Source: Salpingoeca rosetta (lineage: Eukaryota; Protista; Choanoflagellata). From it: DNA of 64,000 nucleotides. Shown here piece by piece: positions 1-12,300 of the stretch. Under the pieces are notes generated by a model. That model ran no database searches. It was not told the origin of the DNA and saw only the letters and a list, made by a program, of their open reading frames with translations. The position numbers and the translations under genes were made by a program. How positions within the stretch are numbered: position 1 is the first letter of the stretch; each line of letters begins with the position of its first letter. The DNA lies in NCBI GenBank assembly GCA_033442325.1, contig JAWQFM010000004.1:815079-879078 (forward strand), read 5' to 3'.

Positions 1-44
1 CTCCTTTCTTTCTTCCCCCAACCCTCAACACCACGCAATCATAG

Positions 45-746
45 GCACCGCTTAACGAAATTACCGCAGCAGGACAACGTCCTGTTTCGGCCGGGCGACG
101 GCGGCATCCGGTACGATGACGCGTGTCATTGCATTCCGTTCCCATCACTCTGCCCCATGGGCCTTCGCCTCCCCCGCCTTTCAACGCAATGCCTTGCTCT
201 ACCCTGCACCACCGTACCACTGTTGGTTGTTGCCTGACCCGTTTGTGCTCTGCTATGAATGACACAGCGGCATGCTCGAACCACACGGCCTTCTTGCTGT
301 CGAAGTCCACGGAACCGTACACAGGTGCGTGTGCGTGTGCGTGCGTGTGTGTGTTGCGCGTTAGCATCAGATTGTGTGTGTGTTGCGTGTTAACATCAGT
401 GTGTGTGTGTGTGTTGCGCGTTAACATCTGTGTGTGTGTGTGTGTGTTGCGCGTTAACATCAGTGTGCGTGTGTGTTGCGCGTTAACATCAGTGTGCGTG
501 TGTGTTGCGCGTTAACATCAGTGTGCGGGTCTGCCCTTCGATTCGTCCAGCTCATTTTTGAGCCACTCAGCTTCCCTTCCTCACACATGCACGCATTCAC
601 GTGCTTTTCTTGTGCGTAGTCCCGGCGCAGTGATTGGACACTTTCGACAGGCGTGCCTGCTGGCACAGGACCCGTTTTTGCAAGACACGTGGCGGGTGCG
701 CAACATCAACATTGAATGCCAGCTCTTTCCGTCGTTGAATGGCTGA
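45..746 (+). CDS. 3' part of a C3orf38/DUF4518-like (NTF2-like fold) protein; gene begins upstream of the window
   Basis: Exons 45-110, 268-324 and 620-746 join in frame across GT..AG introns: HRLTKLPQQDNVLFRPGDGGIRGMLEPHGLLAVEVHGTVHSPGAVIGHFRQACLLAQDPFLQDTWRVRNINIECQLFPSLNG*. This resembles the recalled C3orf38 C-terminal region (PHGLVxVxVxGTVH...GxFxQxFxL..PF..xTWK/RIK). Confidence 0.7.
345..528. repeat. Intronic minisatellite, six copies of a GTTGCGCGTTAACATCA-like core separated by (GT)n
   Basis: Read directly; cores at about 353, 381, 413, 446, 475 and 504. Confidence 0.85.
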
Positions 747-834
747 CAAATGTGACGGGGGTTGGGAGAACGGCCGGAGGGGGGAAGGAAGGGAGTAAAC
801 GACACGTTGGTTGTTTGTGGGGTGAGAGGTCACC

Positions 835-963
835 AGAGAGAGCAAGAGAGAGAGCAAGAGAGAGCAAGAGAGAGCAAGAGAGAGCAAGAGAGAGCAAGAG
901 AGAGAGAGAGAGAGCGAGAGCGAGAAAGGAACACAGACACAGACACAGACACAGACACACACA

Positions 964-1014
<51 letters not shown>
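835..1014. repeat. Compound microsatellite (AGAGAGCAAG)n-(AG)n-(ACACAG)n-(AC)n, intergenic
   Basis: Read directly. Confidence 0.9.
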
Positions 1015-1016
<2 letters not shown>

Positions 1017-1303
1017 GACAGCCACAACAGCATAAATTGCATTCAGCGCCATCTTGGCTGCGACGCGCAACCACAGAAAAAACGACTTCCGCTTCCACAC
1101 ATCCACGAACCGCCGCACATCCCGACCTTCTTCCAAGAAGAAGGACACACAGACACGCACGCACACACGTTCACCCCCATCACGAACAACAACAGTAGCA
1201 AACAAGCAGGAGTACAAGCAGCCGCAAAGTGTAGTAGTAGTAGTAGCACCGCTTGTGAGCTGCGTCGACATATGGTGTGGCGCTTGCGCCAAGCACCGTC
1301 ATC

Positions 1304-1691
1304 ATGAGCAGCAACAAGCTGGCGTATTGGGAGGCAAAGGGCGACCTCGCCTCCAGCTTCTGCCGGCCAGACCACCTGAACGCGTTGTGGTCGAAGCTGC
1401 GCAAGAACCGCGTTGTCGATGATGACGACGCGAGCTCGTCCCTGCTTCACGACTCCCGCCTCTCCCACTCCGCCATTGGCTGGTCCAACATTACACCTGG
1501 CGAGCTATGCGACTCCCTACAAGAGGAACATCGCGCCCGCAGCTACTTCCTCACAAGGTGCGAGACAATGTAGTTGAGGTGGGGAGGGTGACTATGGTTC
1601 CTTTGATGGCTTTCTCTGGTCAACCCCACATCAAGCAGTGCCCGTGCCCAGCTCACACGTCCCGTTTGTCCTTCTATCCCGCCATCACACA

Positions 1692-1742
<51 letters not shown>

Positions 1743-2393
1743 GTACTCAACCCCCACCCCCACCCCCCCCCGCACACCCACCCCCCCCACACTCACACAC
1801 ACTCTCACACACGTAAGATGGTCTGGGCCAATAGCTTGGGTTCCAGGGTGCGCGGTCGCTGTGCACCCTGTAGCTGTGCAGCAACCTGAGTCAGCTCAAC
1901 CCACTGCACATCGCGCTCGCGTCCAAGGCCACTTTTGTCATCAGGCAACGAGGGCCAAGGTGATGAACACATGTCCGTGATTTGGGGGGTGGGGGTGGTA
2001 GTTCGTGATGTATCGTGGCTGGTGGTGGCAGTATGTTCGTCGTGGCTGCACTTGTACGGTTACTGGTGCTATTCTGTCACCTCCAGCCGTCAATGCCCCA
2101 CTGCTACTCACGCCTTGCTCACTTCATCTTGCTGCGTGTATCCTCCCTTCTCCCCCCTCTCTCTCACTCACTCACTCACTCACTCACTCACACACACACA
2201 CACACTCTCTCTCTCCTTGCTTTTGCGTGTGCGTGCGTGTAGCTGTGGTCGTGCGGGCCACCAACGTCCAGGCTGCTCGGCCACGAAGGTGAGCAGTGAT
2301 GGACAATGTGCTCTCTTACAATGTTGGGTTTGTCACATTCACAGTCACGTGCATCCTCACACAGTGGCGTTTGCTTCGTTGTCAACTCACATG

Positions 2394-2476
<83 letters not shown>

Positions 2477-2902
2477 CCCCACACCCCCACACACCCCCAC
2501 AGGGCATACGCTGAAGTTGGTGTCTGGGCTGGAGAACGAGCGGTTTGTGCAGGTGGCGGCCATCGACCACGTGCTCGCCCTCACCACCCGCGGTGAAGGT
2601 ACGGCGTGGTGTGATATCGTGTAGTGGGGTGTGGTGTCATGTGGTGTTTGTGTGAGTGTTGTTATGATTTGGGCACACGAATGACGCATTTCCCACACTT
2701 TACGGTGTTTTGGTGCTGTGCTGACGTTCGTGTCATTCGCCGCCATATCTGCCCAACCGCTTTATTTTCGCATGGTGCAGTGTACTCGTGGGGCAGCAAT
2801 TCCTATGCGCAGCTCGGCCGCAACGACGACCCTATTGTCCCAACCAAGATCACCAGAGGCGTACGTGCACATGAGGTGGTGGAGGCAGATGTAGTTATGG
2901 AC

Positions 2903-2969
<67 letters not shown>

Positions 2970-3003
2970 CACACACACACACAGACCGACAGACAGACAG
3001 ACA

Positions 3004-3059
<56 letters not shown>

Positions 3060-3618
3060 TACACACACTCTCTCACCCTCTCACACACAGTCACTCACTC
3101 ACACCTTCCTCCTCACGCTTCCCCCCGACTGCCAATGTGCTGTGCAGTTTGGGCGGTCGAGCATTGTGTATGTTGCTGTTGGCGGGCAGCACAGCGCTGC
3201 TGTTTCCGAGGACGGCGTCCTCTACACATGGGGCAGGTCAGCTGCTCTCTTCACATGCTGCTGGCACATGCTGTTGCTGTTGCTGTTGCTATTGCTGCTG
3301 CTGCTGCTTGAGGCTCAGTTTGGTTGTGTAGTTATTTGGTTGTTTGGTTGTTTGGTTGTGTTTTGTTTGCCTTTGTGTGCACCTTCTTACATCGCATACA
3401 CTTTGCACATGGTGCTCATTTGTCCAATTCACCGGTGCGTGTGTGCAGGGGAAGTTACGGGCGGCTCGGCCACGGCACGAGCGACGACGTCGCGTTTCCG
3501 CAGCCAGTCCTCGCCCTGAAGAGGTTCGCAGTCACAGACATGCGTCAACGCTGCTGTTCTCGGTTCATTGCCGCGACGTGCCCCCTCCCCCCTTCACCAC
3601 CCACCGCCACTCACATGA

Positions 3619-3663
<45 letters not shown>

Positions 3664-4377
3664 ACTCACGCACACACACACATACACACACACACACACA
3701 CACACCCCCCCCTGCATGATGACGCATGGCAACAGCAAAGACATTCTGATTGCGACGGTTGCGTGCGGCATTGGGGACGCGCACACGCTCGCCCTGAGCC
3801 GGGACGGCGTCATCTACGCGTTTGGCGACGGCGACTACGGTTGGGGGCCCGCACCTGCGACTGGTGGTGCTTCGGGTATCACCTGAGACTTGCCTGTGGG
3901 ACGTGCTGCATGATCCCTGGCGTCGTTGCATCACAAACGCACTGCCATGCGCCAACTCTTCTCCACGTCCCCTCTCACTCCCCCATCACACCCATCTCCT
4001 TCTCTCACCATCTCCTTCTCACTCCAACCCTTGGCAACAATCACAACCAACGACGACACGACAGGCAAGCTTGGCCTCGGCTCGACGGAGCGCACGCGCG
4101 TGCCTGTTGCGATACCGTGCGACTTTGACGGCACGAAGGTGAAGCAGGTGTGGTGCGGCCGCCAGATTTCCGCCTGCCTCACAGAGGGCGGCGCTCTCTA
4201 CACATGGGGAAAGTACGTCCACCCTGCTTTGTCATCGTACTCGTGCTGCAGCTGCGTCAATGGTGTCTGCCGTGTGCCATGCGCGGTCGCCACTTCTCAT
4301 GGGGTTTCACTCTGCCAGCACAATGATTATTCACTCCCTCACGCCCATTGTCGCTCCCCTTCTCTCCAACATCCACC

Positions 4378-4446
<69 letters not shown>

Positions 4447-4669
4447 ATCTTCCCCATGCACCTCACTCACGATCCCCCCCCTCCTGTGCAGCGCGTCTGG
4501 CGGGGCGCTGGGCAACGGCGAGTCGTACGGCGCCGTCGAATCGCCCGCGCGTATCCTCGCAGACCACGTCATCAAGAGCGTACGTGCACACACGCAGCAG
4601 TGAACAACAGAGGAGAGGGAGGAGGGGGCAGGGACGAATTTGCGCAGAAAGGGTAGTCTGAGGAGCCGC

Positions 4670-4733
<64 letters not shown>

Positions 4734-5144
4734 CGCGTCCTGTTTCAGGCCATCACGCGTACTGGGTATGCTTGTAGGCCCTAGGGGGAAAGGAGCGCTT
4801 GGAGTAGCACATACTACGCGCTTAGAGGGATTTTTCACAAAGTAAAGGAGGAAGGTGCGGATTCGGCTACATGGCCTTAACTCAAAATAGGTACTTCTGA
4901 GCCAGCATGAGAGCTATCCCCATCTTAAAAGCGTTTTTACCAAGCCGCTACAATATGACGCGCTATGCCTCTGGTTCGTTTGTCATCTGGACGCAGCGTG
5001 AGTGAATGGCTCCTTAATGATGATTGGTCAGCGGGCCGGATTGCNNNNNNNNNNNNNNNNNNNNNNNNNNNNNNNNNNNNNNNNNNNNNNNNNNNNNNNN
5101 NNNNNNNNNNNNNNNNNNNNNNNNNNNNNNNNNNNNNNNNNNNN

Positions 5145-5196
<52 letters not shown>

Positions 5197-6305
5197 CCCC
5201 CAACCATCCCACCCCAACCACCACAGGTGACGGCCGGGCCCTCGCACATTGCGCTGTGGTCTGGCGACGTGAGGAGTGTGTCCCACAGCCTGTCGCCGTT
5301 CACGCCATCCGCCAACCCCGCGCTCTTGGAGGCGTTTGCGCGGCTGCTGGAACAATTTGCCGGCTCCGACATTACGCAAGACGAGCATGCCACGGCGGCT
5401 GCGGTGTCTACGTGCTGTCTTCTCGAACGCACATTCCAGGTACTGCGTGCTGTCAAATACGAGAATCATGACTGAACCGTTCTTCCAACCACACACACAC
5501 ACACACACACACATGTACAACCTGCATGATGGCAAGCATCCACTGATCTCCCTTTCCTCCCCTCCCCCCCCCCAACACACGCAGGTTGCCAGCCGCAATC
5601 GACTCGGAGACATTTCGTCAATCCGTGCGCGGCTCCGGCAGCCGCTGCTTGACCTGGCCGTCGGCACGCGGCCCTGTCCCGACCAACTCCGCACTGCAGC
5701 TCGCTTCTGGTGAGATGCATGAACACAAAACACACCACACATATACAAACACACACACATTCACACACACACAACACACAACACACAACACACGCAACAC
5801 ACAACACACAACACACACACAAACACACACACATTCACGCACACATTCTCACATTCCCCCCTCTTCCGCCCCCCCCCCAACCACAGCGTGCTGCAAGGGT
5901 GGGATCTGCTGGATGTCCCCGACAACGACCGGCAGCTGCTGCTCGAGTCAATCACGTCAATCGTGTTCAGGTCGCGCGATCCGCCGCCAACAGCAGAGGA
6001 GGAGGCCGCAGCGCGCCAGATGCTGCGCACGCGTTGGAAATGCCTCATGCCCATGAAGGAGCGCCTGCGCTGGCTCTCTCGCCTCCTGCCAGAGAGCCTT
6101 GCCAGCACCCAGCAGCAGCAGCAGCAGCCGCGTGAACAACGCAGCTTCGATAGCGACAGCAGCACGGGCCGCCCTGAGAGCAGAGATAGCACGGCAACGG
6201 CCAGCAGGCCAGCGGACCAGCAGGGCGGCGATGGTGCTGGCTCCGGCCAAGCGACAGCGAGCACAACGGCAACAACGACGGCAACCACCTCGCCCACATC
6301 AGCAG

Positions 6306-6338
<33 letters not shown>

Positions 6339-9300
6339 ATGGTGGCGGCGATGAAACCCGCACAGGGCACCAGTTTATGGTGTCAGTGATTGTCAACAGC
6401 CTGTTTCAGCAAGGGGTGGTGGAGCAGGCCGTCAATGCCTTCTTCAACAGCCCACCCAGCCAACAAGAGCAGTTTCTCTTCCAAGCAGACTTGCTGCTGT
6501 CATCGCCGCTGCCGTCGCCCGCGCTCACACCGAGCGGTCTAGGCAGCGCTCGCTCAAGCTCGTTCGACGTGACGGCCGGGCAGCAACAACAGCAACAGCA
6601 GCGGCAGCAGCAACGGGCAAGCAGCAGCACCCCGCTGACGCCGACGACCACCACAAACATGCGCCTGCTGACGCAACGGAGCCAGCTGTCGAGCCAGGCG
6701 GAGACCTCGGTGTATTCGCCGACGGGCTTTGATGAGAGCGGGTCCTCCTCTCGCATCATGTCCCCGCCAGCAACGGGCCAGTTGCCCCCATCTACGCCGC
6801 GTGCGGTTCGCATGGACGCATTCGAACAGAGCGGGGGCCACACGGCTGTCGGCCTGGCCACAGACCTGCAGTCCATGCTGTTTCTCCTCAACATCTTTGT
6901 CACGACAATGAAGACGCGGACTGAGCAGGTGGCGCAGCGCATCCACCGCCGTCAGGACATCCCCTCCGCAGACAGCGACGACATTCTGCTCAAGCTGTGC
7001 CACCGCTTCCTGCGCTCCTTCTTCGCCCAGCTCTTGTTTGAGCACGACACGGTGGACGACCTCGCCGAGGACCCTCCCACCGCACAGCCAACCGACCCGC
7101 AACAACCGCAACAGGAGCAAGCGGGGCAGCCAGGACAACAACAACAGCAGCAGCAGCAGCCTGCGTCGAGTAGCTCAACGCACACAGCAAGCGCCGCTTC
7201 TCGTCCTACCACCACCGCCACCACCACCTCTTCTTCGTCTGCAGTTGATGGCGACTCCACGCCCGTACCGGGCTCAGCAACAGCGAGCCGGACCGCCTCT
7301 GACGTTGCTCCCTCCACTGCAGAGGGAGGCGATGAAGAAGAGGAGGATGAGGACGAAAGGGAGGAGATGGACAGCGGCAGCAGCGCCGCACACCGCGGTG
7401 ACATGGACGCCGACGGGTCTGCCTCGTCCACACCCGTTGGTGCTGCCGATGCGTCTGCGCGCGTGGACATGAGCATGAACAGCACGTTTGACGCCGATAG
7501 CAACGCCGACGTGCTCAGCGCTCCTGCGGGTGACAGTGGCAGCGACATTCCAGCCGTGCCCACAACGGCAGCAGCAGCAGCAGCAGCAGCAGCAAAGGGC
7601 CCACAGTACAGCAAAGGCCACATGCTCGGCATCCGGTTACTCACGTTTACGCTGGATCTGCAGCACCGCGTCGTTGAGGAGTGCGTGGCGCGCGAGGTTG
7701 CGCCCGACCAGGTCTTGGAAGTGTGCCGCAGCCTCCCCGTTGCCGTGCTGGGCGAGCTGCTGGTGACACTTGCCTCTGCCGCCAAGCAGCGCGATGCCCT
7801 CGCGTCGTGCTTTGTGTCGGAAGGCCTCAACAACGCCTGCCGTTTGCTCACAGCGCTCAACCAGCTGCTGGACGCAATGCCCTTTACCCCGGAGGCCGTG
7901 CAGGCGCAGTTTGCCTTTGAGACCAAAACCATGTCCAGCGACACGGAGGCGCAGGCGCTGCCATCGCACACGGTGCTGGACCTTAGCCAGCAGCTTGCCT
8001 TCTCCATCTCCTCCTGCCTCGTTGCAGACTGCGCGAGCGAGGCGATGCGCCTGGACGTGGTTGGCCCCAGCGTGGAGGACGGCGTGCTGGAGAACGCGGC
8101 GTTCAGCGCAGGCCTGGCGCGTCCATCCGTGTTGGAGCACGCACACTGGCAGCGGGTGCTGGACAGCCAGCTGTCGCCAAGAGACGCGTCCCCACAGCGC
8201 CGCCCATCCACGGCCCCCACGTCTATGACAACAACGCCAACGTCGTCGCCCGCCACAACGCGCGCAGCCGCAGCAGGCAAGAAGACGCGCGGGGGTGAAG
8301 AGGACACTGCTCGGCCCGGTGATGCCGGCGCGACGGCTGCGCACATGGAGGTGATTGAGGAACAGGATGGTGAAGCCAATCAGCAGCGTGTTGGCGACGC
8401 GACAACGCAGCCAGGGCAAGTTGAGGCGCAGCAAGAGGGCGAGCAGGACAGAGCCCACGCAGAAGGATCGACAAGCACAAACACCGGCGCCACAAAGCCG
8501 TCGTCGTCAGCATCAAGTAGGGTGGCATCCAAATCGACGCTGAGCGTGGATGTGCAGCACGGCAAGGGCAAGTCTGTGTCCGCTGGCGCAACCACGCGCC
8601 CCAGCCCCGTTCCAGGGACAACTTCGACCACAACAGCGACCACAACCGCGTCTGCAACAACAGCCACCGGCGCTGCGCCATCAGCAACCACATCGTCGCC
8701 CACAGCTGTTGACGCGAGTGGCGATGGTGGGGAAGGAGAGGGTGACGCAGACGCGAGCACATCGCTGATTGACGTCATGTACAGCTATGCGCAGGAGAAC
8801 AACCTTGGGCTGAGCCTCCCGCGCACGCACCTGGTGTGGCGCGTGACGGCTGCGTCGCTAGTTGTGCTCGCCCGCCACCTTGGCCTGACACCGTATCTGC
8901 AGTCGGTGCAGACGATCCGCGACGTCGACGCAAACCCGCTGCTGGCGGAGGTGGTCAAGGTCGCCGTGCTCATGCAGCCGCACGTCATGCGGCTCAAGCA
9001 GGAGCTGCGCATGTCTGACGCCGACCTCCGTGCACGCACGCACCACATCTGCATGTTCTTACTCACCCACGTGCAGCCCACCTCCAGCGGCGTGACAAGC
9101 GCCAGCGCTTCTGCCGCAGAAGCACCAGAAGCAGACAGCAGGTGGCACCAGAGCCGCGCGCGCGTGTCTGTGACGGCGGCGCCACCGCTTGACCCGCAGG
9201 CGCTCTCGACGCGCGTCAACCTGGACTCGAGCGAGCCCTTTGACGAGCTGGACGAGCAGGGGCGTCAGGCCGTGGAGGACCTGCAAAGCGGACTGGAGGG

Positions 9301-12300
9301 CCACGACCGGGAGACGCTGGCGCAGAACGCCCCGTCCCACCCCTGGTTCATGCTCAACGCGCCGCAGCAGACGTCCCTGCGCGCTATCCCAAAGGAGCTG
9401 GCCGAGCTGATTGTCAGCTTCCTCCGCCAGCCGTTTGCGCTGCGGGAGGTGCGCGAACAGCTTGTGGCGCGGTCTGCGCTGGCCCAGAGCCGCATCAAGG
9501 TCCTGCGACGCCTGTGCAACCTCATTGAGCTGCCCATCACCATGCCCGTGCGCTACCAGCTCCTGTGCGGGCTGCTTGACCCGCGCGCCAACCCGTACCC
9601 GTTTATGCCGCTTGGCCGCTACATGGACGGCATCTCCTGTGCCGCTGCCGCGGAGAAGCGTGAGCTGACCGAGTACCACACGCGCGTCATGGGCCACATC
9701 CTGGAGCTGCTGCAGGTCTCCTGCTCCCACCTCCTGCGCGACCTCAACGAAACAGGCGAGGCGTCCACCCTGCCACTGCGCATGCTGCACCTGTGCCAGA
9801 ACCTCCTCATTCAGCCCCACGAGCCGCCGGCGCTGGAGCAGATTCTCACGTCCGACGCCTTCCACGCGCTCGCTGACGTGTGCTTCCGCGTGCCCTCCAT
9901 GGTTGAGACACAGCTGCATGCATCGCAGCGAGCACGGTCAGCCGCCACTGCCGCCGCCCCCACCGCCTCTTCCTCTTCGTCTTCCTCTTCAGCTGCCCGC
10001 CCGTCCACGGGGGCACCATCATCATCCGCATCGACAGCGCTCGGTGGAGGCGCCGGAAGCGGTGATGACAGTGTTGCGGAAGGGCTGGCGCTCTTTGATG
10101 GCATTGAGTCCATCAAGGTGAGCACCAACTCGGGCATGGCCGGCGCGCTGCAGGACCCATCACCGTCCACGCTGTGGGAGAGCAACGGGCGGCGCGGTGC
10201 ACACTGGGTGCTGATCAGAACCCGCCCCGGCACGGTGGTGCATCGCCTGAGCATCACGCCCGCATCTTCAGACTCGTTTGCACCGCGGCAGGTGGTGGTG
10301 AGCGCGGGCACGGACCCGGCCAACCTGACGGAGGTGCGCCGCATCAACTGCTCCCAGGCGCTGGACCCAAACGAGGACATTGTCATCCTCGATCGCGCAC
10401 GCCAGCACTACCCGTACATTCGCCTGGACGTGTCATCGTGGGGCATCAACGTGCGCCTGCGCCGCGTGTCTGTGCAGTCGCTTGACCTGGCCTCCTTGCG
10501 CGCCCACATTGCCGGCAAGCCGGGGAACCGGCGTGTTGGCCGGCGCCTCTTCAAGTACCTCGCCCTCTCCGCCAGCACCTGTGTGGACAAGCTCTCAGAC
10601 ACCGCGTTGGCAGAGCTGGTGGAGCAGTGCCGTGTTGCGCTGCTGCAAGGCGCTGACGACCACAAGGCGTCCATGCTGGCCGTGTTCCGGCGCATGGCCT
10701 GCAGCACGCGCCTGCAGGTGCTGTTCTGCGCGACGCCCTGGCTGGACATGCTGCTCGACCTCTTCCGCGACGCCACCACCACCGCCCGCATCTTCGTGCT
10801 GCGCTTCATGGCCGCCGCGCTGCCGGGGCTCGCCTCGGAGTCCAGCAAGTCCACCGACGTGCGCATGCTCATTGAGCAGCTCATGCGCGCCGTGTCCGAC
10901 TTTACAGACATGACGGGCACGCCGGAGAACGAGGCCGTGCTGGTGGAGCTGATTGACATGCTGCGCTCGCTGCACTCGCTGCCCGGCTGGCGGGACTCGC
11001 TGAACGAGGTGATTGTGCAGGACCTGTTTTCCCTGCCGCACCAGCGCGAGCGGCTGCAGGAGGGCACGTACATCCGCGAAGAGGTGCGCGGTGTCCTGGG
11101 CACGCTGACCATGGTGGGCTTGGAGGCCCCGCGCTTCCGCATCGGCGCCACCTGCGAGCATACGCTTCGAGGCACGGGCACCATCACGGAGCTCAACGAG
11201 TCAACACTCAAGGTGGAGTTCCATGCCGTCGACGATACGGACGGCCCGCTGGTGCTCTCGCTCGCAGACGCAGAGAAGGAGCTCTCCGTGGAGGTGCTGC
11301 GGCCCTTTGACTTTATGGTGGCGTGCAACACGGGGCACGACCGCATGGCCTTCCGTACGCTCCTGTTTGAGGCATTCTCCTCCTGGCCAGACCACATCCT
11401 GTCCCAGAAGATGCAGCTGGAGATGCTGCAGGCGTGCAAGCTCTTCTTCCGCACGCCGGTGGCCTTTGATCTGTTCCTTGAGGAGCAGCAGTCCGCCACG
11501 CCCAAGGCGCCCTCGTCCCGCTCCTCGTCGGTGTCCACCGCGGTGGGTCCGCTCGGCTCGCCCGCGACCACCAGGGCAGGCGACGTGGACAAGGCGCGCT
11601 CGCGGCCTGCGCGGCGGAAGAAGCGCCGCAAGCACAGGCGTGACGGCTCTGCCCGCCGCACGCGCACGCACAGCGGCCGGCGCTCTCGCAGCCGCAATGC
11701 CAGCGACCGCAGCCCACGCAGCGTGGATGTTGGGCTCCCCATTGAGGTGGAGGTCGGCGCCACCGATTCGACGCCGCCACCTACAGCCTCTGCTGCAGAT
11801 GAGGCTGCCGGCCGCGGAAACAGCAGCGGTAGCAGCAGTGCCAGCAGTGTTGGTGCCCCTGACAGCGCAACCACAACCACAACCACAACCACAAACACAA
11901 ACACAACCACAGCCACAGCTACAGGCACAACCACAGCTGCAGGTACAGGCACAGCGGCAGCGACAGCAACATCTGCGACATCTGCACGTCGCCGTGACGA
12001 GGATGATGATGGTGATGATGATGGTCCCAACGGTGCGGAGAACGGCAGCCTGAGCCAGACAGAGTCTGATGACTCTGGCTCGGATACCGACAGCAGGACC
12101 AGCAGCGCGAGCGATTCGAGCGACGCCAGCGAGAGCGAAGGCGAAGGCGAAGGCGAAGAACAAGTCGTCGACGAAGCAGTGGCTGAGCAGCACGGGGTGA
12201 AGCGCTCCACGTCCGCCTCGCAGGAGGACAGGCGCTCCGTGGACACCAAGTTCATTGAGACCCTGCTCAACTGGTCCGTCGTGCCGAGCCCCGTGCGCGC

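Noticed and set aside
345-528. CRISPR-like appearance of the repeat-spacer array
   Set aside because: Spacers are short GT runs, not unique sequences; eukaryotic intron; no cas genes.
597-5000. Many ORFs with HTHTHT/VCVCVC runs, here and throughout the window
   Set aside because: Translations of intronic (CA)n/(GT)n microsatellites, which lack stop codons.
4745-5044. Compositionally odd segment as a possible foreign insert or mobile element
   Set aside because: It lies between a long (CA)n and an N-gap, with no terminal repeats or recognisable ORF; best explained as a degraded read end.
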